Shown: positions 18,554 through 27,402 of the stretch, piece after piece
Layout: each line of letters begins with the position of its first letter
How positions within the stretch are numbered: the stretch's first letter is position 1
IMG/VR virus record: IMGVR_UViG_3300031539_000035
Span: 1-56,561 of that record
Reading direction: 5' to 3' (one strand)
Origin: a virus
Taxonomy: Duplodnaviria > Caudoviricetes
DNA: 56,561 bases
Program-made: the position numbers and the translations under genes
The notes under the pieces: model-generated
What the model saw: the letters and a program-made list of their open reading frames with translations, nothing else
What the model was told of the DNA's origin: nothing
Database searches by the model: none

Positions 18554-21226
18554 ATGGCGAGCATCGTCGAGCGGCTGGAGGGAGGCCTTTCGCGCGCAGC
18601 GGGCAGGCTGCTCCCCAGCGTGCGAGCGCAGGCCGCAGAGGCTCAGGCGTTCAGGGTGGCCTTCCGCGACAAACCGTGGGAGTTTGACGCCTACAACGGC
18701 CTCCTGAGCGAACTGGATGCCGAGACTCTGGCCTTCCTAGTGGACCAGCTCCAGTACGAGGAGGTTCTGCACCTAGGAGGCGCTGGCAAGCCGTCGTCAG
18801 AGTCCGACCGGATGCGCCAGGTGGAGCGTTCCCGCTGGCAATATCGGTGGGACCCGCTCACGCGCTGGGTGGTACGACTCTGGACGTATTTTGGCTACGG
18901 GCTGAACGTGGACATCGTGCCAGACGACGAAGCGGCGGTGCCGGTCTGGGAGGAATACTGGACGGCCAAACGAAACCGGCCAGTGTTCGGGCAGCGGCGG
19001 TTGCGTTACAACTCGGACGTCCTGCTGAGGGACGGCGAGTTGTTTTTCGTGAACTTTGTGTCCGAGGTAACCGGAGAGGTGACGACGCGGCGGTTGCTCA
19101 CGGACGAGGTGACCGAGATCGTGCGGCACCCGGACGACCGGGACACGGTGCTATTCTACAAGCGGGCGATCACCAATGGGCCCATGGCGGGCCAGGCGCT
19201 CTACTATCCCGACTGGACGGCTGAGCCTGACGAGCTGGACGCTTGGTGGGAGAAGGCTATCGGCACCGCGACCGGCGCTATTCGGATGGACGTCGCCATG
19301 CCGGAGACGGGCAGAGCCTACACGACCTGTAACGTGGTGGCCGTGCAGATCAACCTTGGCACCGAGGGGCGCGGCTGGCCGCAGATGACCAGCGGCCTGA
19401 CATGGAGCAGCGCCTACGGGAAGATCCTCCAGGACCGAGCGGCGGTGGTGCGCAAGCGCGCCATGTACGATAGTAAGGTGAAGGTGAAGGGGGGCCAGCG
19501 AGCCTTGGCCTACGTACAGGGGCGCGTGCAGTCGAGCAACGTCACCCAGGGCGGCATGGAGCGCAACCCACCAGCGTCCGCCGGTTCCGACTGGCTAGAG
19601 AACGAGGCGGTGGATAGGTCGCCGATCAACATGGGGAACTCTGGCGCGCAGGAGGCCGAGCTGGACAGCACGGCCATCTTCGGCATGGCCACACTGGCCG
19701 GCGGCCTGTTCCCTCACTACGCCGGCAAGGGCGAGGCGTTCCGGCTGGCAACTGCGTGCTACAGTGATGATACTGAGGTCCTGACCGAGAACGGATGGAA
19801 GCGCTATGAGGACTATCGGCCTGGAGAGCGGATAGCAGCTTATGACCATGAACATCGCCGTATCGTGTACACGGTTCCACGGGCCATGCACCTGTACGAG
19901 TACGAGGGACCGATGGTGCACCTACGAGGACGCACCGTGGATGCGCTGGTGACTCCCAATCACCGGATGCTTGTGCTGAACGAGAATAACGAGCCCCGCT
20001 GGGAAATCGTGGAGGCGGGCCAGTTGCCCAGCCGGTTTGCCTTGCCAAGCAAGGCTCTACTGGGCAATGCGGATGGGGTCTCGCATTTTCTGTTGCCTGC
20101 TGCGGGTTATAAGCCGGCACGATTCCTGCCAATGAATCGGTGGCTCCAGTTCCTTGGATGGTGGATTGCTGAGGGCTCAGCCTATGAGAGCAAGACGGGC
20201 ATAGTGCAGACATCTCTCGTGCAGATGGCGAGCAATGTGGATGAATGTCAGGAGATAGAGCGTGTTCTGGCCGACTTGCCATTTAACTTTTGCTGCGATG
20301 TGAATGCCCATGGTATGAAGCGTTGGCGCACCTCAGAGCGAGCACTCTTTGACTGGCTGGTACAATATTGCGGGCGACTCCAACCAGAACGCAGGATACC
20401 CGAGTTCGTGTTTGGCATGGATACTTGCCAGAGCAAACTATTGGTGGACGCTCTTTGGCAAGGAGACGGCTTCAGTGATGATCGGGAGCACTATCGGGGA
20501 GCACTGACCTCCACAAGCCTGGGGTTGCTAGATGATGTGCAGCGGCTTTTGATCCTATATGGTGAATGGGGGCAGATCACCGTACAGCGAGAGGCGGGAA
20601 CCCATCCCCAATGTCCGAACAGTCTTGCTTGTTATTATCTCTATCGAGCAGACAGAGATAAACTCTCTCTAGCACGCACGAAGAATGTGACGGAGGAGCA
20701 GTATAGCGGAATGGTCTGGTGCTTCGATGCCTCACCATACGGCATGTTCATAACGAGGCGAAATGGCTATCCACTTATCGCAGGCAACAGCGCAATGGAA
20801 ACGCCGATTCGGCGTGGCTTCTCCGACTACCAGTTGACGTGGGCTGACGTGTTCCGGGATGTCTGCCAGATCGTGCTAGAGGCGGCGCAGAAGTACGGCG
20901 GGGCGTCCTTTGAGACCATTGCTTGCGACGTGAACCAGGATGCTCTCGTGAACATGGACCCGCTGGCGGTGCAGCAGGCGGCCACGGCCATCGCGGCGAT
21001 TGCGACGACCGGGGCCGTGCCGATGGACGAAGTGGAGCGGGCCGGGAATCGCGTGCTGGTGCTGGCCTTGCAGAGCCTTGGCGTGGGGGACGCGGACGAT
21101 GTGGTGAACCCGCCTGAGGAAGAGGGCGAGGGGCTGCCGCCGGTGGTTGAGCGGAACCTGATTGGCGAGGCGGCGGACCGGATCATCGCTGGTTTGGAGT
21201 TGGAGGGCAACCATGCGGAAGCGTGA
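18554..21226 (+). CDS. portal protein with LAGLIDADG intein
   Basis: Position after TerL; LLRDGELFF, GRGWP, GEAFRLATA..AMETP portal-like motifs; about 550 aa after intein removal. Confidence 0.85.
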   Translation: MASIVERLEGGLSRAAGRLLPSVRAQAAEAQAFRVAFRDKPWEFDAYNGLLSELDAETLAFLVDQLQYEEVLHLGGAGKPSSESDRMRQVERSRWQYRWDPLTRWVVRLWTYFGYGLNVDIVPDDEAAVPVWEEYWTAKRNRPVFGQRRLRYNSDVLLRDGELFFVNFVSEVTGEVTTRRLLTDEVTEIVRHPDDRDTVLFYKRAITNGPMAGQALYYPDWTAEPDELDAWWEKAIGTATGAIRMDVAMPETGRAYTTCNVVAVQINLGTEGRGWPQMTSGLTWSSAYGKILQDRAAVVRKRAMYDSKVKVKGGQRALAYVQGRVQSSNVTQGGMERNPPASAGSDWLENEAVDRSPINMGNSGAQEAELDSTAIFGMATLAGGLFPHYAGKGEAFRLATACYSDDTEVLTENGWKRYEDYRPGERIAAYDHEHRRIVYTVPRAMHLYEYEGPMVHLRGRTVDALVTPNHRMLVLNENNEPRWEIVEAGQLPSRFALPSKALLGNADGVSHFLLPAAGYKPARFLPMNRWLQFLGWWIAEGSAYESKTGIVQTSLVQMASNVDECQEIERVLADLPFNFCCDVNAHGMKRWRTSERALFDWLVQYCGRLQPERRIPEFVFGMDTCQSKLLVDALWQGDGFSDDREHYRGALTSTSLGLLDDVQRLLILYGEWGQITVQREAGTHPQCPNSLACYYLYRADRDKLSLARTKNVTEEQYSGMVWCFDASPYGMFITRRNGYPLIAGNSAMETPIRRGFSDYQLTWADVFRDVCQIVLEAAQKYGGASFETIACDVNQDALVNMDPLAVQQAATAIAAIATTGAVPMDEVERAGNRVLVLALQSLGVGDADDVVNPPEEEGEGLPPVVERNLIGEAADRIIAGLELEGNHAEA
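19757..20788 (+). mobile_element. intein (344 aa) with LAGLIDADG homing endonuclease
   Basis: Starts CYSDDTEVLTENGW; block B VTPNHRM; LAGLIDADG-like FLGWWIAEGS and LVDALWQGDG; ends VWC..RRNG..AGN followed by Ser. Confidence 0.93.
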
Positions 21227-22029
21227 TATGATGGCGCGCATCGAGGCACTTGAGCGCCGAGTGGCACAGTTAGAGGCGCAGATAGAGGCACAGCGGACAG
21301 GGCCCTATGTGGAGCCGTGGCCAGTGATTCCGACAACTGCACCAGATTATCCGCCGCCACAGACCACACGGTTCACGTGTTCTACAGTGAATACGGGCTA
21401 CGATCCGCTAACTACCACTGTTGCGCCGTATGATAAAGACTACACGTATGAGGGTATGTTCTTGGAGGATCGGGATGCCTACGCGGGCTGAGGAGGGGGG
21501 CACATGGCAAGGCTAAAGACGCTAATGGTAAGCCAGTGGTTGTGGGAGCGGCTTAACACAGAGGGCTCCGAGATTCACGTGCGCTGTGTCAAAGGGCTGC
21601 CAGCAAGGGCCGAGATGGTGAACAGTTTCTATGATGGGGATCGTGGTTGCGTATGCTTTACGTACCGGCACGAGAGCTGGCCCGACTTACAGGAAGCTGA
21701 GATAATCCAGCGCTTCACACCCGAGTTCGAGGAAGCCAAGTGACAGGAGGCTGAGCATGCCCGTCTCCCGTAAGGAGATCGAGGCTCAGATAGCGGCGCT
21801 GATCGACCTTGGCGATTCGCCCGCCGACGCGGAGGCGGCCGTGCGAGACGCCTTGACTGGTACTGGCGAGCTGACCGGTGAGGTGGACTCCAACCTACTA
21901 GAGGCGCTGAGCGAGATCATGCCGGACGATATCGCCGAGGCGCGGTTGGACTGGTACGCCAACCCGGACGTGGGGGCCGAGTTCAAGCGCCTGCTGGACG
22001 CGGCAGAGGAGTCTCGTGGCAAAGCGTAA
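21213..22029 (+). CDS. three small hypothetical genes (21213-21491, 21504-21743, 21757-22029)
   Basis: GGAGG SDs; tightly spaced. Confidence 0.6.
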
Positions 22030-23653
22030 GACGAGCATCTTGCGCGGCTACGTCTGGGCTCCCGATAGCCAGCGCTACCGGGATAGCGCCGGGCGCTACG
22101 TGGCCCGCACCCGGATCACGGCCCTCCTGGAGCGTTCGATCAACGGGCGAGAGCGACGCATCCTCGACGGCGCGCAGGCGCTCTACGATGGCAAGATCAC
22201 GCCCAAAGTTTACGCAGCGCGAACGGCTGAGTTGGTAAAGCGCCAGCACCTCCAGAACAGCGCGCTGGCTGCCGGCGGTTGGGACAGACTCACGCCAGCG
22301 GACTATGGGCGTATCGGCGGCAACCTGCGGTCCGAGTACAAGCACTTGGCCAACCTGGCGAACGGCATTGCCGATGGCACGGTGTCCACAGCACAGGCAC
22401 AGAATCGGCTGCACATGTACATGGGGAACGCGCGCAAGGAGTTTTACCAGGTCGAGCGGGCGCACTTGCCTAAACCGAAGGCGGGCATGTCGCGGCTGGA
22501 GCGAAGGCAGCTCAATCCGGCGGACTCCTGTGACGACTGCATCGGCTATGCCGCGCAAGGATGGCAGGCTGAGGGTGTATTGCCTGTGCCGGGAGAGGGG
22601 AGCCAGTGTTTCCCTGGAAGTTTATTGGTCATGGCCGAAGGCATTGTCAAAGGCTTTAAACGAGAATATATTGGTGATCTAGTCGAGATCACCACATCCA
22701 GTGGCCACAAGCTGTCCGCTACCCCGAATCACCCGATAGCGACCCCGTCTGGTTGGGTTGCTATCAGTGCTCTGCATGAAGGCAACCAAATCATCTGTGA
22801 CTTGCGAGCAAAATTGGTGACTGGGACTTATCCAAATATAGTAAACATCCCAACCCCAATTAGTGAGGTCTTTGATGCGCTTGCGTTCGCGGGCCATGTG
22901 CAAAGGATTCCCTCTTCGCCTGTGGACTTCCACGGCGATGGTCGGCATCAAGAGATCCACGTTGTATGGGCCGATGACTGCTTGCCGAACAGGATGAAGG
23001 CTCTTTGCTATGAGAGCCTCCCGGACTTGCGCTTCCCCCATGCCTATAACGGCGAAATGTGCACCACGTGTCTGATGTCCTCTGGCGATTTCAGTGTGCA
23101 TATGGGCATCCAAAAGCTCGCGGGGGCGGCGGGGGGCAAACCCTTCTTTCTCAAGGATTCTCTTGACTGTATGAGGGGAAGTGCCGTATCTCCGGCATAC
23201 GCCACGCAGGGATTGCCCGGAAGCATAGGCGTTGGCGATCTCGGCACAGGGAAGCATGGCGATTCTGGCTTTAGAACGGGCTTTGTTGATCAGAACATTT
23301 TGTCCGAACCCACGGACACGGATCCCTGCATTGAGCAATCGCCTACGGATAGTGACTCGGCAGACGCCATACCTTTTGGAGAGAGAAAGCTCGGACTCGC
23401 CATCGATATACCGCTTGACGATCTCATCAATTGGCAGAGCGATCCTGACTTTGGCGTTACTTCGATAGTCAGCGCTCACAGAATTCCTTTCGCGGGATGT
23501 GTCTACAATTTGACCACGGAACGCCACTATTATACAACGGCTGGTATCATTGTCAAAAATTGCAATGGAAATTGTCGCTGCGCTCTTGACCGAAAGGAAA
23601 CGCCGATAGCGGACGCGGGCAACATGATCGGCACGGGAGGGGCGACGGCGTGA
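22016..23653 (+). CDS. MuF/SPP1 gp7-like head morphogenesis protein with intein
   Basis: Extein CDDC..PVPGEGSQ|CNGNCRC reconstitutes the MuF Cys motif; lies between portal and protease. Confidence 0.82.
   Translation: MAKRKTSILRGYVWAPDSQRYRDSAGRYVARTRITALLERSINGRERRILDGAQALYDGKITPKVYAARTAELVKRQHLQNSALAAGGWDRLTPADYGRIGGNLRSEYKHLANLANGIADGTVSTAQAQNRLHMYMGNARKEFYQVERAHLPKPKAGMSRLERRQLNPADSCDDCIGYAAQGWQAEGVLPVPGEGSQCFPGSLLVMAEGIVKGFKREYIGDLVEITTSSGHKLSATPNHPIATPSGWVAISALHEGNQIICDLRAKLVTGTYPNIVNIPTPISEVFDALAFAGHVQRIPSSPVDFHGDGRHQEIHVVWADDCLPNRMKALCYESLPDLRFPHAYNGEMCTTCLMSSGDFSVHMGIQKLAGAAGGKPFFLKDSLDCMRGSAVSPAYATQGLPGSIGVGDLGTGKHGDSGFRTGFVDQNILSEPTDTDPCIEQSPTDSDSADAIPFGERKLGLAIDIPLDDLINWQSDPDFGVTSIVSAHRIPFAGCVYNLTTERHYYTTAGIIVKNCNGNCRCALDRKETPIADAGNMIGTGGATA
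22679..23479 (-). CDS. HTH + DUF559/Vsr-like PD-(D/E)XK endonuclease encoded antisense within the intein
   Basis: Two HTH repeats (YIDGESELSLSKRYGVCRVTIRRRL; YASGQSLRGVCRRYGTSPHTVKRIL), then E...IGPYNVDLL..IAVEVH..H..RERKRIKDLTNWGWDVYYIW; GTG 23479 preceded by AAAGGAA. Confidence 0.85.
   Translation of the reverse strand: MSADYRSNAKVRIALPIDEIVKRYIDGESELSLSKRYGVCRVTIRRRLLNAGIRVRGFGQNVLINKARSKARIAMLPCAEIANAYASGQSLRGVCRRYGTSPHTVKRILEKEGFAPRRPRELLDAHMHTEIARGHQTRGAHFAVIGMGEAQVREALIAKSLHPVRQAVIGPYNVDLLMPTIAVEVHRRRGNPLHMARERKRIKDLTNWGWDVYYIWISPSHQFCSQVTDDLVAFMQSTDSNPTRRGRYRVIRGSGQLVATGCGDLD
23529..23556 (-). promoter_or_regulatory. antisense sigma70 promoter inside the intein C-terminal motif
   Basis: Minus strand TTGACA (23556-23551), 16 nt, TATAAT (23534-23529); about 50 nt upstream of the antisense GTG. 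Confidence 0.8.
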
Positions 23654-23874
23654 GCGATAGCGTCCAGCAGTGGGACAACCTCCTGGCCCGCCTGCGCAGC
23701 GTGGCCGGCTGTCGGAACGACGGCCATATCGTCGTGCAGATCACCGTGGCATTCTGTGGCGGCGTGCCGCGTATCTGGACCGAGCCCCGCGTGGTGCGCT
23801 TGGAGCCGCGCAGCATGGGTAGCACCGTCGATCTGCTGGAGGCACTTGCCGGGAATGGACGGCTGGATAGTTGA
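23650..23874 (+). CDS. hypothetical protein
   Basis: GTGA-coupled to the MuF stop. Confidence 0.55.
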   Translation: MSDSVQQWDNLLARLRSVAGCRNDGHIVVQITVAFCGGVPRIWTEPRVVRLEPRSMGSTVDLLEALAGNGRLDS

Positions 23875-23899
23875 CAATTTGTGACATATATCGTATGAT
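23871..23899 (+). promoter_or_regulatory. sigma70 promoter
   Basis: TTGACA-17-TATGAT. Confidence 0.7.
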
Positions 23900-23924
23900 G
23901 CTCTTGTAACCTAGCGCCACCATA

Positions 23925-23969
23925 ACGGGGCGCGGCCTGCACACCAGCGGGCCGTGGCCCCGTTTTTTT
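23925..23969 (+). terminator. intrinsic terminator
   Basis: ACGGGGCGCGGCCTGC / GCGGGCCGTGGCCCCGT hairpin plus a T7 tract. Confidence 0.8.
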
Positions 23970-23980
23970 GTGCCTGAGAG

Positions 23981-24478
23981 GTGATTATGTCTATCGGATA
24001 TGGGCCGAGCGCATACGGTGAGCCGACGATTGTGGCGCGTGTGCTGGCGATCCTTCCGGCGGCGGGGGCTTGGGATGCTAACCCTGTAGAGTTCAGCGTG
24101 GCCGGTTACGACGCCATGATGCTCTATTTGACCTATGAGCCCGCGGCGGACGGCGGGGCGGTAGACTGGCAGGTGCAGTACAGCCCATATTCAGCAGATG
24201 TGGTTGGTGTACTCAGCTGGTTTGAGGAAACGGCGGAGACGGTCGCGGCGGTTGTAGCTGGGACTACTACGCTTGCGACCGTGCAGGGTGCATATTCGAG
24301 TTATGCGGAGGAAGCGGTTGCGGTTGCGGGCATCACTTATGGGCCGATCCTCCTGCACAAGCTCGGCGCGGAGCGGGTGCGTATCCGGGCACGCGAGAGC
24401 GGACTGGATGACCCAGGCGAAGGGGACGATCCGGGCGAGTGCGGTATCCTGGTCAAGCTGAGCCAGGGGGAATACTAG
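23981..24478 (+). CDS. hypothetical (possibly virion) protein
   Basis: GAGAGG SD; beta-rich acidic ORF in the head module. Confidence 0.6.
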   Translation: MIMSIGYGPSAYGEPTIVARVLAILPAAGAWDANPVEFSVAGYDAMMLYLTYEPAADGGAVDWQVQYSPYSADVVGVLSWFEETAETVAAVVAGTTTLATVQGAYSSYAEEAVAVAGITYGPILLHKLGAERVRIRARESGLDDPGEGDDPGECGILVKLSQGEY

Positions 24479-24647
24479 AATGAGGCAGGGTGCGGCGACG
24501 CGTGGCGCGACGCACTTTATATCCTCTGTGCGGAACGGGCGGCAAGTCGGCATTGCGACGCGGGAGACAACGTATCCCACAAGACATGATAACCAGCGTG
24601 GGCCGACGCGCATGAGCCCGCCGATGCCAACGTAGAGGGAGGCGGCT

Positions 24648-26180
24648 ATGCCTTGGACGGCTAAAGATGTCGAGCGACATAAGAAGGGTCTGAGCGATAA
24701 GGACAAGGCACAGTGGGTCGCCACTGCGAACAGCGTCCTCAAGACTTGTCTGGCCGATGGTGGCGAGCTGGACGAATGTGATGGGCGAGCTATCCGCATC
24801 GCCAACGCGGCGGTAGCCGAGGCCGACAAGCCGACGGCGGAGAACGTGGCTGAGGACGATATGGAGCGACCCGAGGTGCTTCCCGAGTGGGTGCCCTATG
24901 GCATATACACGTTCGTGGACCTGCACGCGCGCCGCGAGGTGGAGGCTAAGGCCCAGAACGTGCGTACCGTCACCGAGCAATTCAAGCAGATGGTAGGCAA
25001 CATTCTCGATAATTATTCGTTTGAGCCCGAGGGGATGAAAGCGGCCACCCCTCAGGAGCGCATCGCCAAGATCCGCGCCCTTCTCTCCGAGATGGAAGCC
25101 GAGCTGAACGTGGCCTTCGAGGAGCCGACCACAGAGGCCGAGCCGATTGGCGAACCGGAGGTCCTGGCCGAGGCCACGGTTGGGCGAGTGATCCGCCTGG
25201 CCGAGGGGGACAACCGGCAAGGACCCCTGACGCTCATCGCCGAGCTTATCCGTCCTGGTTGGGGCAACACGAAGGACGGCCACTACTATCCGGACGAAAC
25301 CCTGCGCGGGGACTCCATTCGCATCTGGGAAGGTACCAAGATGCACGAAGTCGACCACCGCGAGGACCAGCGCTCGAACGAGAACTGGGTGAGCACGGTG
25401 GGGCCGCATGTGGGCTACAGCGATAGCGGCGGAGCTATATTCGAGGTTGCCGTCCACGATCCGGCGTTCGCCGAGAGGGCGCGCAATCTGAAAGAGCTGG
25501 GCCTGCTGGACAAGCTCGAATGCAGCATCCTCGGTGACGGACTGGTGCGCAAGGGCTTCGAGAAAGATGGGCGCAAGGGGAAACTGGTAGAGCGATTTAC
25601 CATCGCCCGAAATGTAGACTGGGTGAGTCATGCCGGGGCCGGCGGCAGAGCCGTGGGCCTGGCGGAGAGCGGTACGCCGGATGCCCGGCAGGAGGTGAAC
25701 ATTGTGAAGGTGGATAGGGCGAAACTGTTGGAGGCACTGTCCAAGGCGCTGTTAGAGGCGAAGGACGCGCAACTGGACGAGCTGGTGCAGGAGGCCATCG
25801 CCGAGGCGGAGGTCCCCGAGACGGTTGAGTCCGTCGTGACCGAGCCGGTCGTCACGGAGCCGGTTGTCGAGCCAACCGTTGAGGCGGAGCCAGTGATCGT
25901 CACCGTGAGCGCGGAGCGGGTGCGGGAACTCTGCGCGGTGGCCAAGCTGCCCGAGGCGCTGACCGGCCTCCTGGCCGAGATCGCGTTTCCCGACGAGACG
26001 GCCGTCATCGCGCGGATCGCCGAGCAGAAGACGTGGCTCCAACAGGCTACGCGCGCGGGGAGGCCCTGGGCACTATCGGAGGGCGATCAGCCCGTGGGAC
26101 CTCAAGGTCCTCTGACCAGCGAGGAGTTCGCGGAGCGTTCCAAGGCGGTTATCACCAAGTACACGGGTCGGCAGGTATAA
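24648..26180 (+). CDS. capsid maturation protease/scaffold with ChaB-like N-terminus
   Basis: MPWT..QWVATANS..AIRIANA (ChaB-like); LIRPGWGN..YYP, DH, CSI, NVDWVSHAGAGG (protease); acidic scaffold tail. Confidence 0.75.
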   Translation: MPWTAKDVERHKKGLSDKDKAQWVATANSVLKTCLADGGELDECDGRAIRIANAAVAEADKPTAENVAEDDMERPEVLPEWVPYGIYTFVDLHARREVEAKAQNVRTVTEQFKQMVGNILDNYSFEPEGMKAATPQERIAKIRALLSEMEAELNVAFEEPTTEAEPIGEPEVLAEATVGRVIRLAEGDNRQGPLTLIAELIRPGWGNTKDGHYYPDETLRGDSIRIWEGTKMHEVDHREDQRSNENWVSTVGPHVGYSDSGGAIFEVAVHDPAFAERARNLKELGLLDKLECSILGDGLVRKGFEKDGRKGKLVERFTIARNVDWVSHAGAGGRAVGLAESGTPDARQEVNIVKVDRAKLLEALSKALLEAKDAQLDELVQEAIAEAEVPETVESVVTEPVVTEPVVEPTVEAEPVIVTVSAERVRELCAVAKLPEALTGLLAEIAFPDETAVIARIAEQKTWLQQATRAGRPWALSEGDQPVGPQGPLTSEEFAERSKAVITKYTGRQV

Positions 26181-26211
26181 ACACCGCTAGATAGCGGGTA
26201 GGAGGTTCTCG

Positions 26212-26772
26212 ATGGACGAATTTGTGCATGGGCCTGATTGGCAGGGTTCAAGCGGGCCGTATGTGAATCGGATGCTGTCTACGGCGGACATCTGGCCCGA
26301 GGGGCTGGCGTCTGAAGTGGGCGGTGGCAACAAGGACATCCTGGCTGGCGGCCTGCATCCGATCGTGGCCATCGGTGGGCAAACAGCGGCGGACGGTCGC
26401 CAGGTTGGCCAGTTGTGCGGGGTCGTGGTGAGTTTCGAGAACGCCAACCTCGTGCAGGTCAACATCGCCAAGGGAATGGTGGTCAAGGCCAAGGTAGCCA
26501 ATATCTTGACGCATCCGGATACCTACGAGGCGGCTCCGGTGATCGGGCAACCGGTCTACGTGGATGATAGCGCGGCCTTGAGTGCCGGCGTGACGCTGAG
26601 CCTTGCTGCGGCAAACAGTGCGGCACTCGTAAATCCGCTGGCCGGCTGGCTCTGGTACGATCAAGACGAGTATCTGGACAGTGGTGTCGGCGGGGCGAAC
26701 GCGGCGGCTCTATGGCCAAAGGCATGGTCGGTGGCGTTCGCCGAGTACGACGTCTATGTGCTGATGAAGTAG
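26212..26772 (+). CDS. head decoration/cement protein (paralog 1)
   Basis: Between protease and MCP; GQPVYVDD; highly similar to the next gene. Confidence 0.6.
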   Translation: MDEFVHGPDWQGSSGPYVNRMLSTADIWPEGLASEVGGGNKDILAGGLHPIVAIGGQTAADGRQVGQLCGVVVSFENANLVQVNIAKGMVVKAKVANILTHPDTYEAAPVIGQPVYVDDSAALSAGVTLSLAAANSAALVNPLAGWLWYDQDEYLDSGVGGANAAALWPKAWSVAFAEYDVYVLMK

Positions 26773-26784
26773 GGGAGGAATACC

Positions 26785-27363
26785 ATGCCCGATGATTTCC
26801 TGAGCGGAACGGACTGGGAAAGCTCAAGTGGCCCCTACATCGAGAGGCAAGTCGCGCTGGCCGATCTCTGGCCGGAGGGGCTGAATAGCGAGTCGGACGG
26901 TGCCGGCGACAAGGATATCCTGGCCGATGGGCTGCATCCTGTGTTGGCGATTGGCGGGCAGACCGCCGCGGACGGGCGGCAGGTGGGCCAACTGACCGGC
27001 GTGGTGGTGCACTATCGGACTACTGGCCTGGTGCAGATGAATATCGCGCGCGGGATGATCGTCAAAGCCTACGTGGCAAACGTATTGACCTACGACCAGA
27101 GGGCAGCGGCCACGTTCGAGATTGCGCCGATCATCGGTCAGCCGGTGTACGTGGATGACAGCGACCCACTGGCTTCTGGCGTGACGTTGAGCCTGAGTGC
27201 GCTCAACAACGATGGTCTCGTAAACCCGTTGGCGGGCTGGCTCTGGTACGATCAGGACGAGTATCTGGACGCGGGTGTTGGTGGGCCGAATGTGGCGGCC
27301 ATCTGGCCACTGACTTGGGCGAACGAGTTGGTCGAAGCTGAAGTGTGCGTTTTGCTGAAATAG
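26785..27363 (+). CDS. head decoration/cement protein (paralog 2)
   Basis: Shares AIGGQTAADGRQVGQL and NPLAGWLWYDQDEYLD with 26212-26772. Confidence 0.6.
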   Translation: MPDDFLSGTDWESSSGPYIERQVALADLWPEGLNSESDGAGDKDILADGLHPVLAIGGQTAADGRQVGQLTGVVVHYRTTGLVQMNIARGMIVKAYVANVLTYDQRAAATFEIAPIIGQPVYVDDSDPLASGVTLSLSALNNDGLVNPLAGWLWYDQDEYLDAGVGGPNVAAIWPLTWANELVEAEVCVLLK

Positions 27364-27402
27364 GTCGCGCGGCGGGCGCGGCCAGGCAGAGGAGGACAAA
27401 CA

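Larger units (their letters stand above)
22607..23560 (+). mobile_element. intein (318 aa) with no in-frame endonuclease; contains an antisense gene
   Basis: Starts CFPGSLLV; block B SATPNHPI; block F/G VYNLTTERHYYTTAGIIVKN followed by Cys; lower GC than the flanks. Confidence 0.9.

Noticed and set aside
24479-24647. Four CGACGC motifs upstream of the protease gene
   Set aside because: Short GC-rich motif with irregular spacing; may be chance
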